DNA of 64,000 nucleotides from the human T2T-CHM13v2.0 reference genome, Homo sapiens: NCBI RefSeq assembly GCF_009914755.1, contig NC_060936.1; one strand, 5' to 3'. This document shows, piece after piece, positions 1 through 17,025 of this stretch (its first letter is position 1; each line of letters opens with the position of its first letter). The translations under genes were made by a program, and so were the position numbers. The notes beneath the pieces were generated by a model that was not told the origin of the DNA, made no database searches, and saw only the letters and a list, made by a program, of their open reading frames with translations.

Positions 1-192
<192 letters not shown>

Positions 193-3100
193 TCAACAGC
201 TCTTCTTAGATCTCTCAGAAATTTGAGGCCACAGGGCAAACCACTGCCCCAAAATGGGAGAGACAGGCAGGTACAGAGGATCACAACTTATCAGAATAGA
301 AACCCACAAGCAGAAAACTATGAGGGGGCCTGTGCTGGGATAGGAAATTGCTAGAGACTCAGTGTGGACAAGTCTGAGAGTTAAAATCTCCAGGGCTGTC
401 AGGTATTAGGGGGCCACTTACACTTTTATGAGTTTTACCTCCAGGAGCTGAACCAGGTTCTCACAGTGAATCTCAAACATCCCCTTAGGCTCTGGCCGGA
501 GTGGGAGAAAAGTAGACATTTTGAAGTAAGCTAGACCACTCTATTCTTCTTAACAAGCCTGAGCCTAACCTGACCCAGGAGTTTTGTCAGACCTGGGGGG
601 AGAGAGATATCCAACTCCAGCCACCTCTAGTCATCCTGTCCCACCTATGGGGTAAAATAAAATTAAATTTAAAAAGGCAAAAAACACAGTTTGAGGTGAG
701 AAGGCAAACATTAGCACCAGACTGAGGTATGGCAAGGATGTTGAAATTTTCAGACTAGGAATTTAAAATAACTATGATTAATATGGTAATTTCACTAATG
801 ATCAAAGTAGACAGCATGCAAAAATAGATGACTAATATATAAACAGAGAGATCAAAATTCTAAGAAAGAATAAAAAGATATGCTATAGATGAAAAACACT
901 GTTACAGAAATGAATAATGCCTTTGAGGGGGTTATTAGTAGACTGGACTTGGATGAGAAAAAAACCTGAGCTTCAGGATATATCAATAGAAACTTCTATA
1001 ACTAAAAGACAAAGAGAAAAAGATTTAAAAAAAGAACAGAATATTCAAAAACTGTGGGACAATTATAAAAGGCGTAATGTATGTGTAATGAACATACCAG
1101 AATGAGAATAAAGAGAGAATGGAATAGAAGAAATACCTGAAGCAATAATAACTTGGAATATCCCCAAATTAATGTCAGACACCAAACCACAGATTCAGGA
1201 TACTCAGAGAGTACAAAGCAGGATAAGAGCCAAAATCTACACCTAGGTATTTCATACTTAATCTCCAGAAAATCAAAGATAAAGAAAAAATATTGAAACA
1301 AGCCAGGAGGATTAAAAAAGACCTTATTTATAGAAGGGCAAACATAAGAATTACATTTGACTTCACCTCAGAGGCCATGGAGGCAAGAAGAGAGTGAAGT
1401 GAAATATTTAATGTGTTGAGAGAAAAAAAAAAAAAAACCCATCTGCCTAGAATTCTGTATTTTGTGAAACTGTCCTTCAAAAGTAAAGGAGAAATAAATA
1501 CTTTCTCAGACAAACAAAAATTAAGGGAGTATTTTGATAACGGGGGCATGATAAAGAGGTCGATACTTTAGGAAGATGTAACAATGCTTACTATATATGC
1601 ACCTAATAACACAGCATCAAATATGTGAGACAAAAACTGAAAGAACTGAAAGAGGACACAGATGTATTCACTGTTATAGTTGGAGACTTCTGCATCACTC
1701 TATCAGTAATAGATTCAGCAGGCAATCAGTCAGGACATAAGTTGAACTCAATAATACCATCAACCAACTGAATGTAGTTGACATGTATAGAACACTTCAT
1801 CCGAGAACAGAAGATACAGATTCTTTTCAAGCTCACATGGAACATTCACCAAGGTAGACCACATTCTGGACAATAAAACCCACCTTAACAAGTTTGAAAG
1901 AATAGAAATCATATAATATACGCTCTCAGACCACAATAAAATTAAGCTAGAAGGGTATCTGCAAAATCTAAAAACGTGGAGATTAAACAAAACACTTCCA
2001 AATAACGCAAAGGTCAAAAAAGAGATCTCAAGATAAATTTTAAAATGCTTTGAACTAAATGAAAATGAAAATACAACGTCAACATTTATGAAATGCAGTG
2101 AAAGCAATGTTTAAAGGAAAATTTATAGTATAGAATGTGTATACCAAAAAAGAAGATCTAAAATCAGTAATCTGAGCTTAACTAGAAAAAGAAGAGCAAA
2201 TTAAGTCCAAAGCAAGCAGAAGAAAAGAAATGATAAAAATTAGAAAAGAAATCAATGAAATTGAAAACAAGGTATCAAGAGGAAAAACAGTGAACCCAAA
2301 GCTGATTCTTTGAAAAGATCGATTAAGTCAATAAGCCTCTAGTGAGAACAAACAAACAAAACAAACAAAAAGAGACAGGATACAAATTACTAAAATCAGA
2401 AATGAAAGAAGGGACATCCTTTACAGATACACGGACATTAAAAAAAAAAGAAATAAAGAAATACTTTATTTCTAGGAATAACTAGCCCACAAATTTGACA
2501 ATCTAGATAAAATGGACCAACATTTTTGATTATTTGTTTTGTTTTTTTAGTACAAACAACAATGAGCTTTCAATGACCAAGTTTTTGAAAAACAATCTGC
2601 AAAAACATACAAGAAGAAACAGACAATCTGAATAAGCCTATATCTATTTAAGAAATGGAATCCATAATCAATATTCTTCCAAAATAGAAAGCACAAGGCT
2701 CAGATCAATTTGCTGGTGAATTCTACCAAAAATTAAAGGAAGAAATTATGCTAATTCTCCATAGTCTCTTTCAGAAGACAGAAGCAGACGAAATACTTCC
2801 TAGCTCATTATTTGCAGCTAGCATTACTTTAATACCAAAATCAGACAAAGACTTTATAAGAAAAGTACAGACCAATATCTCTCATGAGCATAAATGCAAA
2901 AATTCTCAGCAAAATGTTAGGATATTGAAGCCAACAATGTAAGAAGAGAATTAAACACTACAACCAAACGGGATTTATTCCCGGTATGCAAGGCTGGCTC
3001 AACGTTAGGAAATCAATAATATAATCCATACATCAACTGGTTAAAGCAGAAAAATCACATGATCATATTGATAGATACAGAAAGAGCATTTGACAAAATT

Positions 3101-3439
3101 CCAACACTCATTCATGATAAAAGCACTTACCAAACTGTGATTAGAGGGGAACTTCCTCAACTTAATAAAGAACGTCTCCAAAAAACTACAGCTAACATTA
3201 TACCTACTGGCGAGAAACTAGAAGGTTTTCAATTGAGATCAGAAACAAGAAAAGGATGTCTCCTCTCACCACTTCTTTTTAACTTTGTACTGGAAGTAAA
3301 GCAATAAAAAAGAGCAAGAAATAAAAAGAGCACAGGAAAGGAGAAATAAAATTGTCTTTGCTCACAGATGGTATAGCTGTCTTTGTAGAAAAATCCCAAA
3401 GAACCAACAGAAACCTCTTGGAACTAAGAAGTGATTATA

Positions 3440-3729
3440 CAGTCTGGGGACTGTTGTGGGGTGGGGGGAGGGGGAGGGGGGGAGGGGGGACGGATAGCAT
3501 TAGGAGATATCCCTAATGCTAAATGACGAGTTAATGGGTGCAGCACACCAGCATGGCACATGTATACATATGTAACTAACCTGCACATTGTGCACATGTA
3601 CCCTAAAACTTAAAGTATAATAATAATAATAAAAAAAGTCAAACAAAAAACACAATTTTTCCCTAACGTTCTCTAATCCAATTGGACTTTTACAGTACTC
3701 TTAAAAATAATAAAATAGAATTAAAAAAA
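3440..3729 (+). mobile_element. 5'-truncated L1PA3-like 3' end plus ~90 bp putative 3' transduction
   Basis: G-rich tract, GATAGCATTAGGAGATAT...ATGACGAGTTAATGGG...CTTAAAGTATAATAAT; TSD TGATTATA at 3432-3439 and 3730-3737. Confidence 0.85.
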
Positions 3730-4189
3730 TGATTATAGCAAGTTTGTAGGATACAAGGTTAATATACAAAACTCAACCACTTTCCTATATATCAGCAATG
3801 AACAATTGGAATTTGAAATCATAACACCATTTATGTTATCATACCCCAAGAAAGAAATACTTAGGTATAAATCCAGTGAAATACATACAAGATTTATGTG
3901 AGGGAAACTACAACCTCTGATGAGACAAATCAAAGAACAACTAAACAAATGGAGAGATATTTTAAGTTAATGGATAGGAAGATTCAGTACTGTCAAGATT
4001 TGCATTCTTTCCAACTTGATCTATAGATTTAATGCAATCCCAATAAAAATCCCAGCAATTTATTTTGTGAATATCGAGAAATTAATTCTAAAGTTTATAT
4101 GGAGAAGCAAAAGATCCAGACTAGCTAACACAATACTTAAGGAGAAAAAAAAAATGGAAGGGCTCAGACTACCTGAATTCCAGACTCCG

Positions 4190-4518
<329 letters not shown>

Positions 4519-7500
4519 TAAAGCTACAATGATCAAGGCAGTGTGGTATTGACAAAAGAAGAGACAAATAGGTAAATGGAACAGAATAGAAACACTTTTC
4601 CTTTACTTGCCTGAAATTCCAAAGTATCTTTCCCTAAGTGCTTCTTCCAATTTTTGTATAAACTGATTAGTTCTACCTTGAATTATTTAACGTCTCACTA
4701 GAATGCCTCAATGAAATGGAAACTGGGCTGTTGGCTGGCAGGTGGCAGCTGGTAGGTAAGGCAGTGCTTCAAATCATTATCCATCAGATAACATACGAAG
4801 AACTGAGGCTTATGAAAGTGAATTACATGGACACGTATGGGCTGTATAAAAATTGTATCTACTCTAAAGTAGTTCTGATGCTAGTGGCCAAGTCTTCCTT
4901 GCTAGGTCATTAATGAAACCCATAAGCAGGCATGGTAAACAACAACAACAGCAACAGCAACAGCAAGACAAATAATCCACACCCCATATTTTAGTTCTGG
5001 TCCCAGTTATCTTCTGTTGCCTTGTTCTGCAATCTATATTGGCCTGTTTTCCAGGATAATCTTTTTCCTTGGGTCAATTCCCTTTTTCAAAAATCAGTAC
5101 TGTGGGATGATTCATTAATTACAAAGACTTCTGTCACTCTGCCATTGCTCAAAGTTAAATATTTAGCAACAATATTGACTACACCATTGGTTCTTCCTCT
5201 TTATACTTTACATGCAGCTGCATTATGTATTATCATGCTGTCCAATTCTGCGGTATGATTATTTTTCCTCTGTTGGTATGGTTGGAGAGATTTGTCAAAG
5301 CCTCTTGATTTTTGTGGAAAAGACCATGTTTAAATTGAGTTATGCCTGAAAGCTTTTTTACTCAGGAAACTTACTTATGATTTCTTCCTGGGTCATATTA
5401 TCTCTTTTTCCCCTCCTGGATGAGCAGTTGGGGTCAAAACACTTACATCTGTGTCATATATAGAGCAGCACAATGATAAATATATAGACAACCAACCCAG
5501 GTGATCAGGAAGGACACTAGGAAGTGGATTTATATGAAAAAGGAAAACGACATGCAGGCTGTCTGTACTAAGCCCCAAGAAATATGACCTAAAACACTAA
5601 AAAGATAAGGATGCAATCTGATCTAGAGTGAATATTATTGAACCTTCTTGTCCTCAGTTTCCTTACCTATGGAATGAAATAATAATTCCTGCATCACAGG
5701 GCGATCATGAAGATCAAATGAAATCACATGTGCGATATACCTAACACTGGATGGCCCTTACGAGATGCTTACAAAATATTTATTTCTTTTTTTCCCCTCC
5801 ATCACATGCTCACAATCTATAAATAAGCTTTTTTTTAGCGATCATTATCAATCTTACTCGTTGTAAAATGAATGAATCTTCTCAAGTTGCACAATTACTT
5901 GTCTTTTTTAAATTTTTATTTTTTAGAGATGGGGTCTTGCTATTTTGCCTAGGTTGGTCTTGAACTCCTTCTACCTCAGCTTCCTAAGTAGGTGGGACTA
6001 TGGGTGACTGCCATCACACCCGGCTCTGTACAGATATTTATAACTGATTTAGTAAGAATACAGCTTAATGTCTTGAGAACATCTTATTCCCAAATAAGAA
6101 TAGAATGTGCAGAAATTTTAGTGATGAAATATGAAGGAGGAGTTTCTCCCACAAAAGGTCAGAATAATGATCAACAAAAATAATCCTTTCTGAAACGTCT
6201 CCTGTCTGACTAGAGGCTTTTGCGGCAAGGGAGAGAAAAGAAAGGCATTATTAATGGTCGAATCACCATTTTTTCCCTAATAGGATTTAAGACAACATAA
6301 ACATAAAATTTTCCATTGTTATTGAATGTTCCATTGTTATGTTTAATTCCAGTACACTTCTACTCTCACAACTATATTCATTTCCTCTGAGGAAATTTTC
6401 TACCCTGTCCTTGATGTCTTTCCAGTGCTTGAGACTCAAATTTCCATTTGCTTACAGGACACATCTGATCTTCAGAGGCCTTCCGATGAAACATGTGCCT
6501 AGTTGACCTAGGTGTTTCCTCTCGTCTCTCTTCTTCCCCTTTGTTCTCTCCCTCTGTTATGGGCACTACCAAGCACACAGGTGCAAAAGCTGGACCTTCG
6601 GTTCCTCCTTCATCACTTCTTTCCCCTCTGTCTGTTTTCAAATGGCTACCACGAATAGTGATTCTACTTTAAAATATCACTAATTTATAAATGGTTTCCG
6701 TTATAAAGCTGATAGGACCATGTCAGAATAATAAAAAATAGAAAAAGAAAATTAATTGCCTATAGTCTAACTACCATAAGACGACCATTCTTGCAATTTC
6801 AACATATTTCCTTCTAGTCTTTTTAGAAATTGTATTTCTGTTTGGTTTTCTTGTTTTAGTTTTCTTTCCTTTTTCGTCTCTCTTCCCCCAACACCACCTC
6901 TTAGCTTTTTGAGCTTTTCCTTACTTTCTGGTACTATGAAATGCTTTGGGTTCATCTTGTATTTTGCCTGCTTCAGATTTTAGAATCAATCATGTTTCCA
7001 AAGTTACACTGGTTCCTCGTATTGAAGAATCTGGGCATTGGGTTTTCTTTTACACAAGGCTGTAATCACAGTCTTGCATTGAAGTGGGAGTGAGGTTTCC
7101 ATCTGGTTTCTAAGCTATGCTTATTGCTTGGGCTTAGTCATCTATGGGCACAACTGGCAGGGTGGTAGGGTAGGCAACCAGGAGTCTACTAAGACCTAGG
7201 GAGCCTCCTGGGAAAGAAACAAGCTAAGGAAAGGAATCAGGCAGACAAGTGTGGTCAAATACAATGTCCTCATCCCCCGAGCGAAAAGTGATTCTGACTA
7301 GGTGTGGCAGGTGACATTTGGATGATCTCTGACTTAACATTTCTGCCATTCTTTGTTGGGTTTGTGTCCTAGGGAGCAAAATGGCTGTCTGTGGGTAAAC
7401 ACTCAAAGTCATTTTCACTACATACTGTAAGATAATGGACTATAAGATACATTGACTTTGCCGCTTATCACCCTCAACTGCGTGGAGCATGAAAAGTAGG

Positions 7501-8006
7501 GTGAGCTTTTCCAGCTTTGTCATAGACAGTCTCATGGTTTTGAGCACTTCTAAGATGCCCATTCTCTGAGGCAGTAGGGGCCTGGGTATTCCACAGAGGA
7601 ATGGGCTGTGAGCGGCTGCAGGGTTTGGTGGAGAGACAACTTAGGCAAGACTGCTGAGGAACTTGAGAAAGAAAGCTGTAAGATGCTACCTGGAGCCTTG
7701 CTGGGCCCCTTCAGAGACCCCTCTGAGGACCTTGAGAAGTACTTGAGGAGACTTTGCAGAAGCTTGGAATCCTATGTCAGCAGATGTGGTAAGGGTACAA
7801 TAAATTTGGGCTGTTAGTGGCACTGTGACACTATTTAGGACTCCTGTAAGTCCCCATTTGGAAAGCTCAACAATTTTCTAGCCTTTTTTTGTTCACTTAG
7901 CATTTTATTATAAGCTGTTTTCCATGTTGCAATATGGCTTTCAAAATTTTAAAACAAAAACCACAGCAATGAGTGCACAGTGAAAATCAGTGATATTGCA
8001 CAGTGA

Positions 8007-8412
<406 letters not shown>

Positions 8413-8904
8413 TCGTGTGTGTTTTTAATAAAGACTTTGTAATTTTAGAAAATTACCTAATGTTTATTGAATATGCCAGACAAGTTACAAACGTTATCCC
8501 ATATCCCATAACAGCTCTTCAAAGAAGAGTATTATTTATCCCCATATTGCACATCAGGTAAATTAGGTTCAGAGACATGAAATAACTTGCCTTAGTTTAC
8601 CTGGCTAGTAAGTAATAGAATTATTACCTCGCTCTAAAATCTATACTTTTTCCAACAGTATCTCCTTGCTGTCCATAATATTCTAATATTCTGTGGAGTG
8701 GAGATGGCATAATTTACTTAACTATTATGCACTGTTAGTTATTTAACTATTCACTTGCGGTTGGAAACTTTAGGTCAGCTTATTATTATTTGCTATTATA
8801 AACGAAAATGAGGTAGACAGCTCTTATCATCTTATCACAGTCCCCGCCTCCGCCTCCACGTTCTGACTGCTTTTATCCATTTGATCTTCATTAAAATAAT
8901 TTGT

Positions 8905-9328
<424 letters not shown>

Positions 9329-10189
9329 CCTACTATTTTTAAAATAATAAAAAAAAATTTCTACTTTCTTGTCCCCATAACCTTCCTTACACATGCTCCC
9401 TTTGCTGGAGGAACTGACACACACACACATACACACACATGCACACGCTAAATCTTTCAAGATGCCACATCCCTAGGCAGATTGGTCACTTGCCCTTTCA
9501 TGACCCTTGGTGCAAGTTGGGGCCTCCTACAGGGTGGTAAGCACATTGACTCTAACTGTAAATCAGCCCCTCTCCCATGGATTTGCGGGCGCCCTCGGGT
9601 CAGAGTGTAAACCTGTTCATTTAAGGGATTTGTTAAAAGTGTAGGCGTCCGGGTCTCCTAATGACCTACAGAATAGGATCTTTTGGCTTAGAACCTGGAC
9701 ATCTGCATTTTTACCAAGCTACCCAGGTGAATTTTATGAAGTAAACACTGGAAGAACACTGCCCCAGTGTTCTGATCAGTGATTGGATGCATGAGAGGGC
9801 ACCCAGTGTTCCCAGAAAGAGGGGTCTCGTCAGCGTCTTAGTGGAGAAGGGCAAGTGCACGCGAGACTGCAGAGGAGTATTTGCTGGCCTCTCTAGCTGA
9901 GTGAACTTTGACCTATTCTAGACAGCAGTAAACTGGCACCGATTATGGTGCAATGTTTGATCAAATTATTTTATTTATTTTTAATGGATAATTCATGTAA
10001 TAAGACACAAAATGTAGAATATATTTAAAAAATTACACAGTGAAAGCAGTCTCCTCCCACCTCTAGCCCTCAGTCCTCCAATGCCTGCCGACTCTAGAGG
10101 TAGCCACGATTTTTGTGGTGTTTTTAATAAAGACTTTGTAATTTTAGAAAGTGATCTAGTTCAGCAGTCACTTTATACAGGGTAGGAAT

Positions 10190-13800
<3,611 letters not shown>

Positions 13801-14686
13801 TGAGTCTAATTTGCAAGTGGGAGGCTGGGAGACATTTTCTATCCCTGCGAAACAGAAGAAGTGATTCCTTTTCATTTTGTTCATTTTCATCCTGTTTTTC
13901 CTAAAGCCACATTACTTTCCTTTAATCCACATGTCCGCCTCAGCACATGTCACCATGTGCTGTGTTTGGGACGTAGTAAATAGTCCAAAGAGCCAGGCCG
14001 GGGTGGAAGCTGTGATTTTGACGGGATTGACAGTAGACTGAGAACTTTGAACTTTTAGCCTTGGGGAACAATTTTATGTGTTTATTCTACAATGATGATC
14101 ACTGGTGATTTGTCCAAAACATATTATAAGTGTGAGGTGTGGAGGCAAAGGAGTTACTGGAAGCTGGGGCAGGGCAGAAGCCCAGTGTATGAAGTTGTGC
14201 AGAGGACAAGCAAAGGACAGAGACCAGTGAATCGGAGTCATCCCCTGAGGCTCAACCCCGGGCACTGCCTCCAGCTCTTCTCCACCTGCTTCTAGGCAGT
14301 GAAGTCCTAGGAACTAGCAAGAAAGTCTGTCCTTAAGTTTGTGGGACAAGCATTTGTTGCACACCTACTATGTCCAAAACCCTGTAGAGTTAGGTAAAAA
14401 GACATCTTAGATCCCAGCTCTCCAAAAAAGCAAGGATCTAAGTGTACAGAGACTTCTTGCTTCGTGATTTCTTCTTCATCCTATTTATCCCCTTCTTATA
14501 CCCACAGGACCAGACCTCACATGCCCTATCAGAGTCTCCCAGGTGGTTTTTCCAGGGAGAGAGAACATTAAACATCAAACAAACATATATAGAGAAAAGC
14601 CTCTCACCCAGGCAGCCTGAGCTAGCTGCAGGAGCAAGCATTCTTCTGACTTCTGAGACAGTACAAGGTGTGTCCAGGTGACTTAC

Positions 14687-15100
14687 CTGTCACTGGGCAG
14701 CTGCCATGCGCACTCCTCACACCTGACGCTGCTCAGGGAGAAGCCAGGCAGCTATAATAGTGTTCTTGGCCGGAGAACATCTGGCCTAGCAGGCAGGGTG
14801 TCATCTATGAAGCTGGGTGGAGAGAAAGCTGTTGGGGAAACCAGCCCCACACCACCCAGCGGATACCCCGAGTCCGGCGGAGACAAAGGAGTTAGAAAGA
14901 GACAGAACAAGCGTTTAAAAGGCAGGTCCAGGGGACCAGAGCGTTGGAGGCTTGCTCACGGCCCAGAGCTCTGGGCTCCACCCAATTTATTGGTTTACAA
15001 GCTCTTTGTTCTTAGGGCAGATGGGAAGGGGAGGAAGGGATGAGGAAAAGGATTAATCAGTGAGTCATTCGATAAGATGTGTAACAGTGGCGGTTTCTGT
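14687..15100 (-). ncRNA. Candidate first exon of an antisense upstream lncRNA (likely GAU1); 5' boundary unknown
   Basis: Perfect minus-strand donor CAG|GTAAGT (+ strand acttacctg 14681-14689) downstream of a minus-oriented LTR; GAU1 is a reported antisense lncRNA upstream of GALNT8, but its exon coordinates cannot be confirmed here. Confidence 0.45.
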
Positions 15101-15415
15101 GAATTTCCTTGAGCAAAGGCGTGTGTCTAAACTACTTAAGATCTTTAATGACTGAAATGGGTGGGAGTGGGTTTCAGGAGGAGCCAAGATGTTTGATTAT
15201 ACTCCTCTGCTTCAAGGGAGTGTTATCTCCCTGAGCAACCTATGGAAAGCCGCTGAGCAACCTGTGGAAAGCCGCTGAGCGGTTATCCTCTCGGGGCATA
15301 AAGACAAAGAAGGCAATAAGGAGACTTTGCTCCTCAGAGGCCACCCGTGGCTTCCCATGGGTGTCTCACACAGGGGAGACCAACTCAACTGGCACCTAGA
15401 ACTCTCTTTCCCACA
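14830..15415 (-). mobile_element. HERV-K (HML-1) solo LTR, LTR14B-like
   Basis: Minus strand starts TGTGGGAAAGAGAGTT...GTTGGTCTCCCCTGTGTGAGACACCCATGGG and ends ...CCCCAACA; AAAGC on both flanks (14825-14829, 15416-15420); minus-strand AATAAA at 14986-14991. Confidence 0.85.
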
Positions 15416-15499
15416 AAAGCTAGGCTGGTTCTGATTCTTAACCTGCTCCAGCAGTGACACACTCAGTCCCACAGGGAGTGGACGACCCCCAGGAAGAAG

Positions 15500-15710
15500 A
15501 TGATGTTTTGGAGGAAACTCCCCAAAGCCCTCTTCATTGGGCTGACTCTGGCCATTGCTGTCAATCTCCTTCTGGTATTTTCTAGCAAGGGGACTTTACA
15601 AAACCTGTTTACGGGTGGTCTCCACAGGGAGCTTCCTTTACATCTGAATAAACGCTACGGGGCAGTGATAAAGAGACTCTCCCACTTGGAGGTGGAATTG
15701 CAGGATCTGA
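15500..15710 (+). CDS. GALNT8: GALNT8 coding exon 1 (cytoplasmic tail, TM anchor, start of stem)
   Basis: Translates MMFWRKLPKALFIGLTLAIAVNLLLVFSS...ELQDL (type II membrane N-terminus); donor A|GTAAGT at 15711; 211 nt, phase 1. Confidence 0.97.
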
Positions 15711-16052
15711 GTAAGTTTACAATGCTAACCTGGAAGGTGTGTGTGTGGGTGTGTGTGTTTGGGGCACTTAGGAAAAAGGGATATGGAAGGAAAAATGGGT
15801 GAGAGGTCACATTTTCATCTCAGTCGCTCATTGAAGCATCTGACACTGAATTCTGTGCCTTCAAATGGGAGATGGGTATTGAGAATGAAGTGAGTAGAAG
15901 TGGAAATTAGAGCAAGCAGTATGGGGGAGGTGAGCATGTGTGTGTGTATGCGTGTGTGGGCTTGTGCACATGCATTATCATTATATCTACATATGTGCAG
16001 GCAACGAGAAGAATAAGAATCCCAAGGGCCATAGACCTGTCCTTAGGCCTAT

Positions 16053-17025
16053 TGAAGGGGTGGGTTGCACCTCCACACCTGTGGGTGTTTCTCGTTAGGT
16101 GGAACGAGAGACTTTGGAAGAGAAAAAGACACAGAAACAAAGTATGTAGAGAGAAATAAGGGGGCCCAGGGGACCAGCGTTCAGCATACGGAGGATCCCG
16201 CCAGCCTCTGAGTTCCCTTAGTATTTATTGATCATTCTTGGGTGTTTCTCGGAGAGGGGGATGTGTCAGGGTCATAGGATAATAGTGGAGAGAAGGTCAG
16301 CAGATAAACACGTGAACAAAGGTCTCTGCATCATAGACAAGGTAAAGAATTAAGTGCTGTGCTTTAGATATGCATACACATAAACATCTCAATGCCTTAA
16401 ACAGCAGTATTGCTGCCCGCATGTCCCACCTCCAGCCCTAAGGCGGTTTTCTCCTATCTCAGTAGATGGAATATACAATCGGGTTTTACACCGAGACATT
16501 CCATTGCCCAGGGACGGGCAGGAGACAGATGCCTTCCTCTTGTCTCAACTGCAGAAAGGCGTTCCTTCCTCTTTTACTAATCCTCCTCAGCACAGACCCT
16601 TTACGGGTGTCGGGCTGGGGGACAGTCAGGTCTTTCCCTTCCCACGAGGCCATATTTCAGATGGTCACATGGGGAGAAACCTTGGACAATACCTGGCTTT
16701 CCTAGGCAGAGGTCCCTGTGGCCTTCCGCAGTGTTTTGTGTCCCTGGGTACTTGAGATTAGGGAGTGGTGATGACTCTTAACGAGCATGCTGCCTTCAAG
16801 CATCTGTTTAACAAAGCACATCTTGCATAGATAGCCCTTAATCCATTTAACCCTGAGTCGACACAGCACATGTTTCAGGGAGCACGGGGTTGGGGGTACG
16901 GTTACAGATTAACAGCATCTCAAGGCAGAAGAATTTTTCTTAGTACAGAACAAAATGGAGTCTCCTATGTCTAGTTCTTTCTACACAGACACAGTAACAA
17001 TCTGATCTCTCTTTCCTTTCCCCAC
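16053..17025 (-). mobile_element. HERV-K (HML-2) solo LTR5, LTR5B-like
   Basis: ~970 bp; minus strand GTGGGGAAAGGAAAGAGAGATCAGATTGTTACTGTGTCTGTG ... ACCCACCCCTTCA; 6-bp TSD GCCTAT (16047-16052, 17026-17031). Confidence 0.93.

Noticed and set aside
15416-16052. True provirus between the two HERV-K LTRs
   Set aside because: The LTRs are different families with separate TSDs, and the interval has no gag/pol sequence
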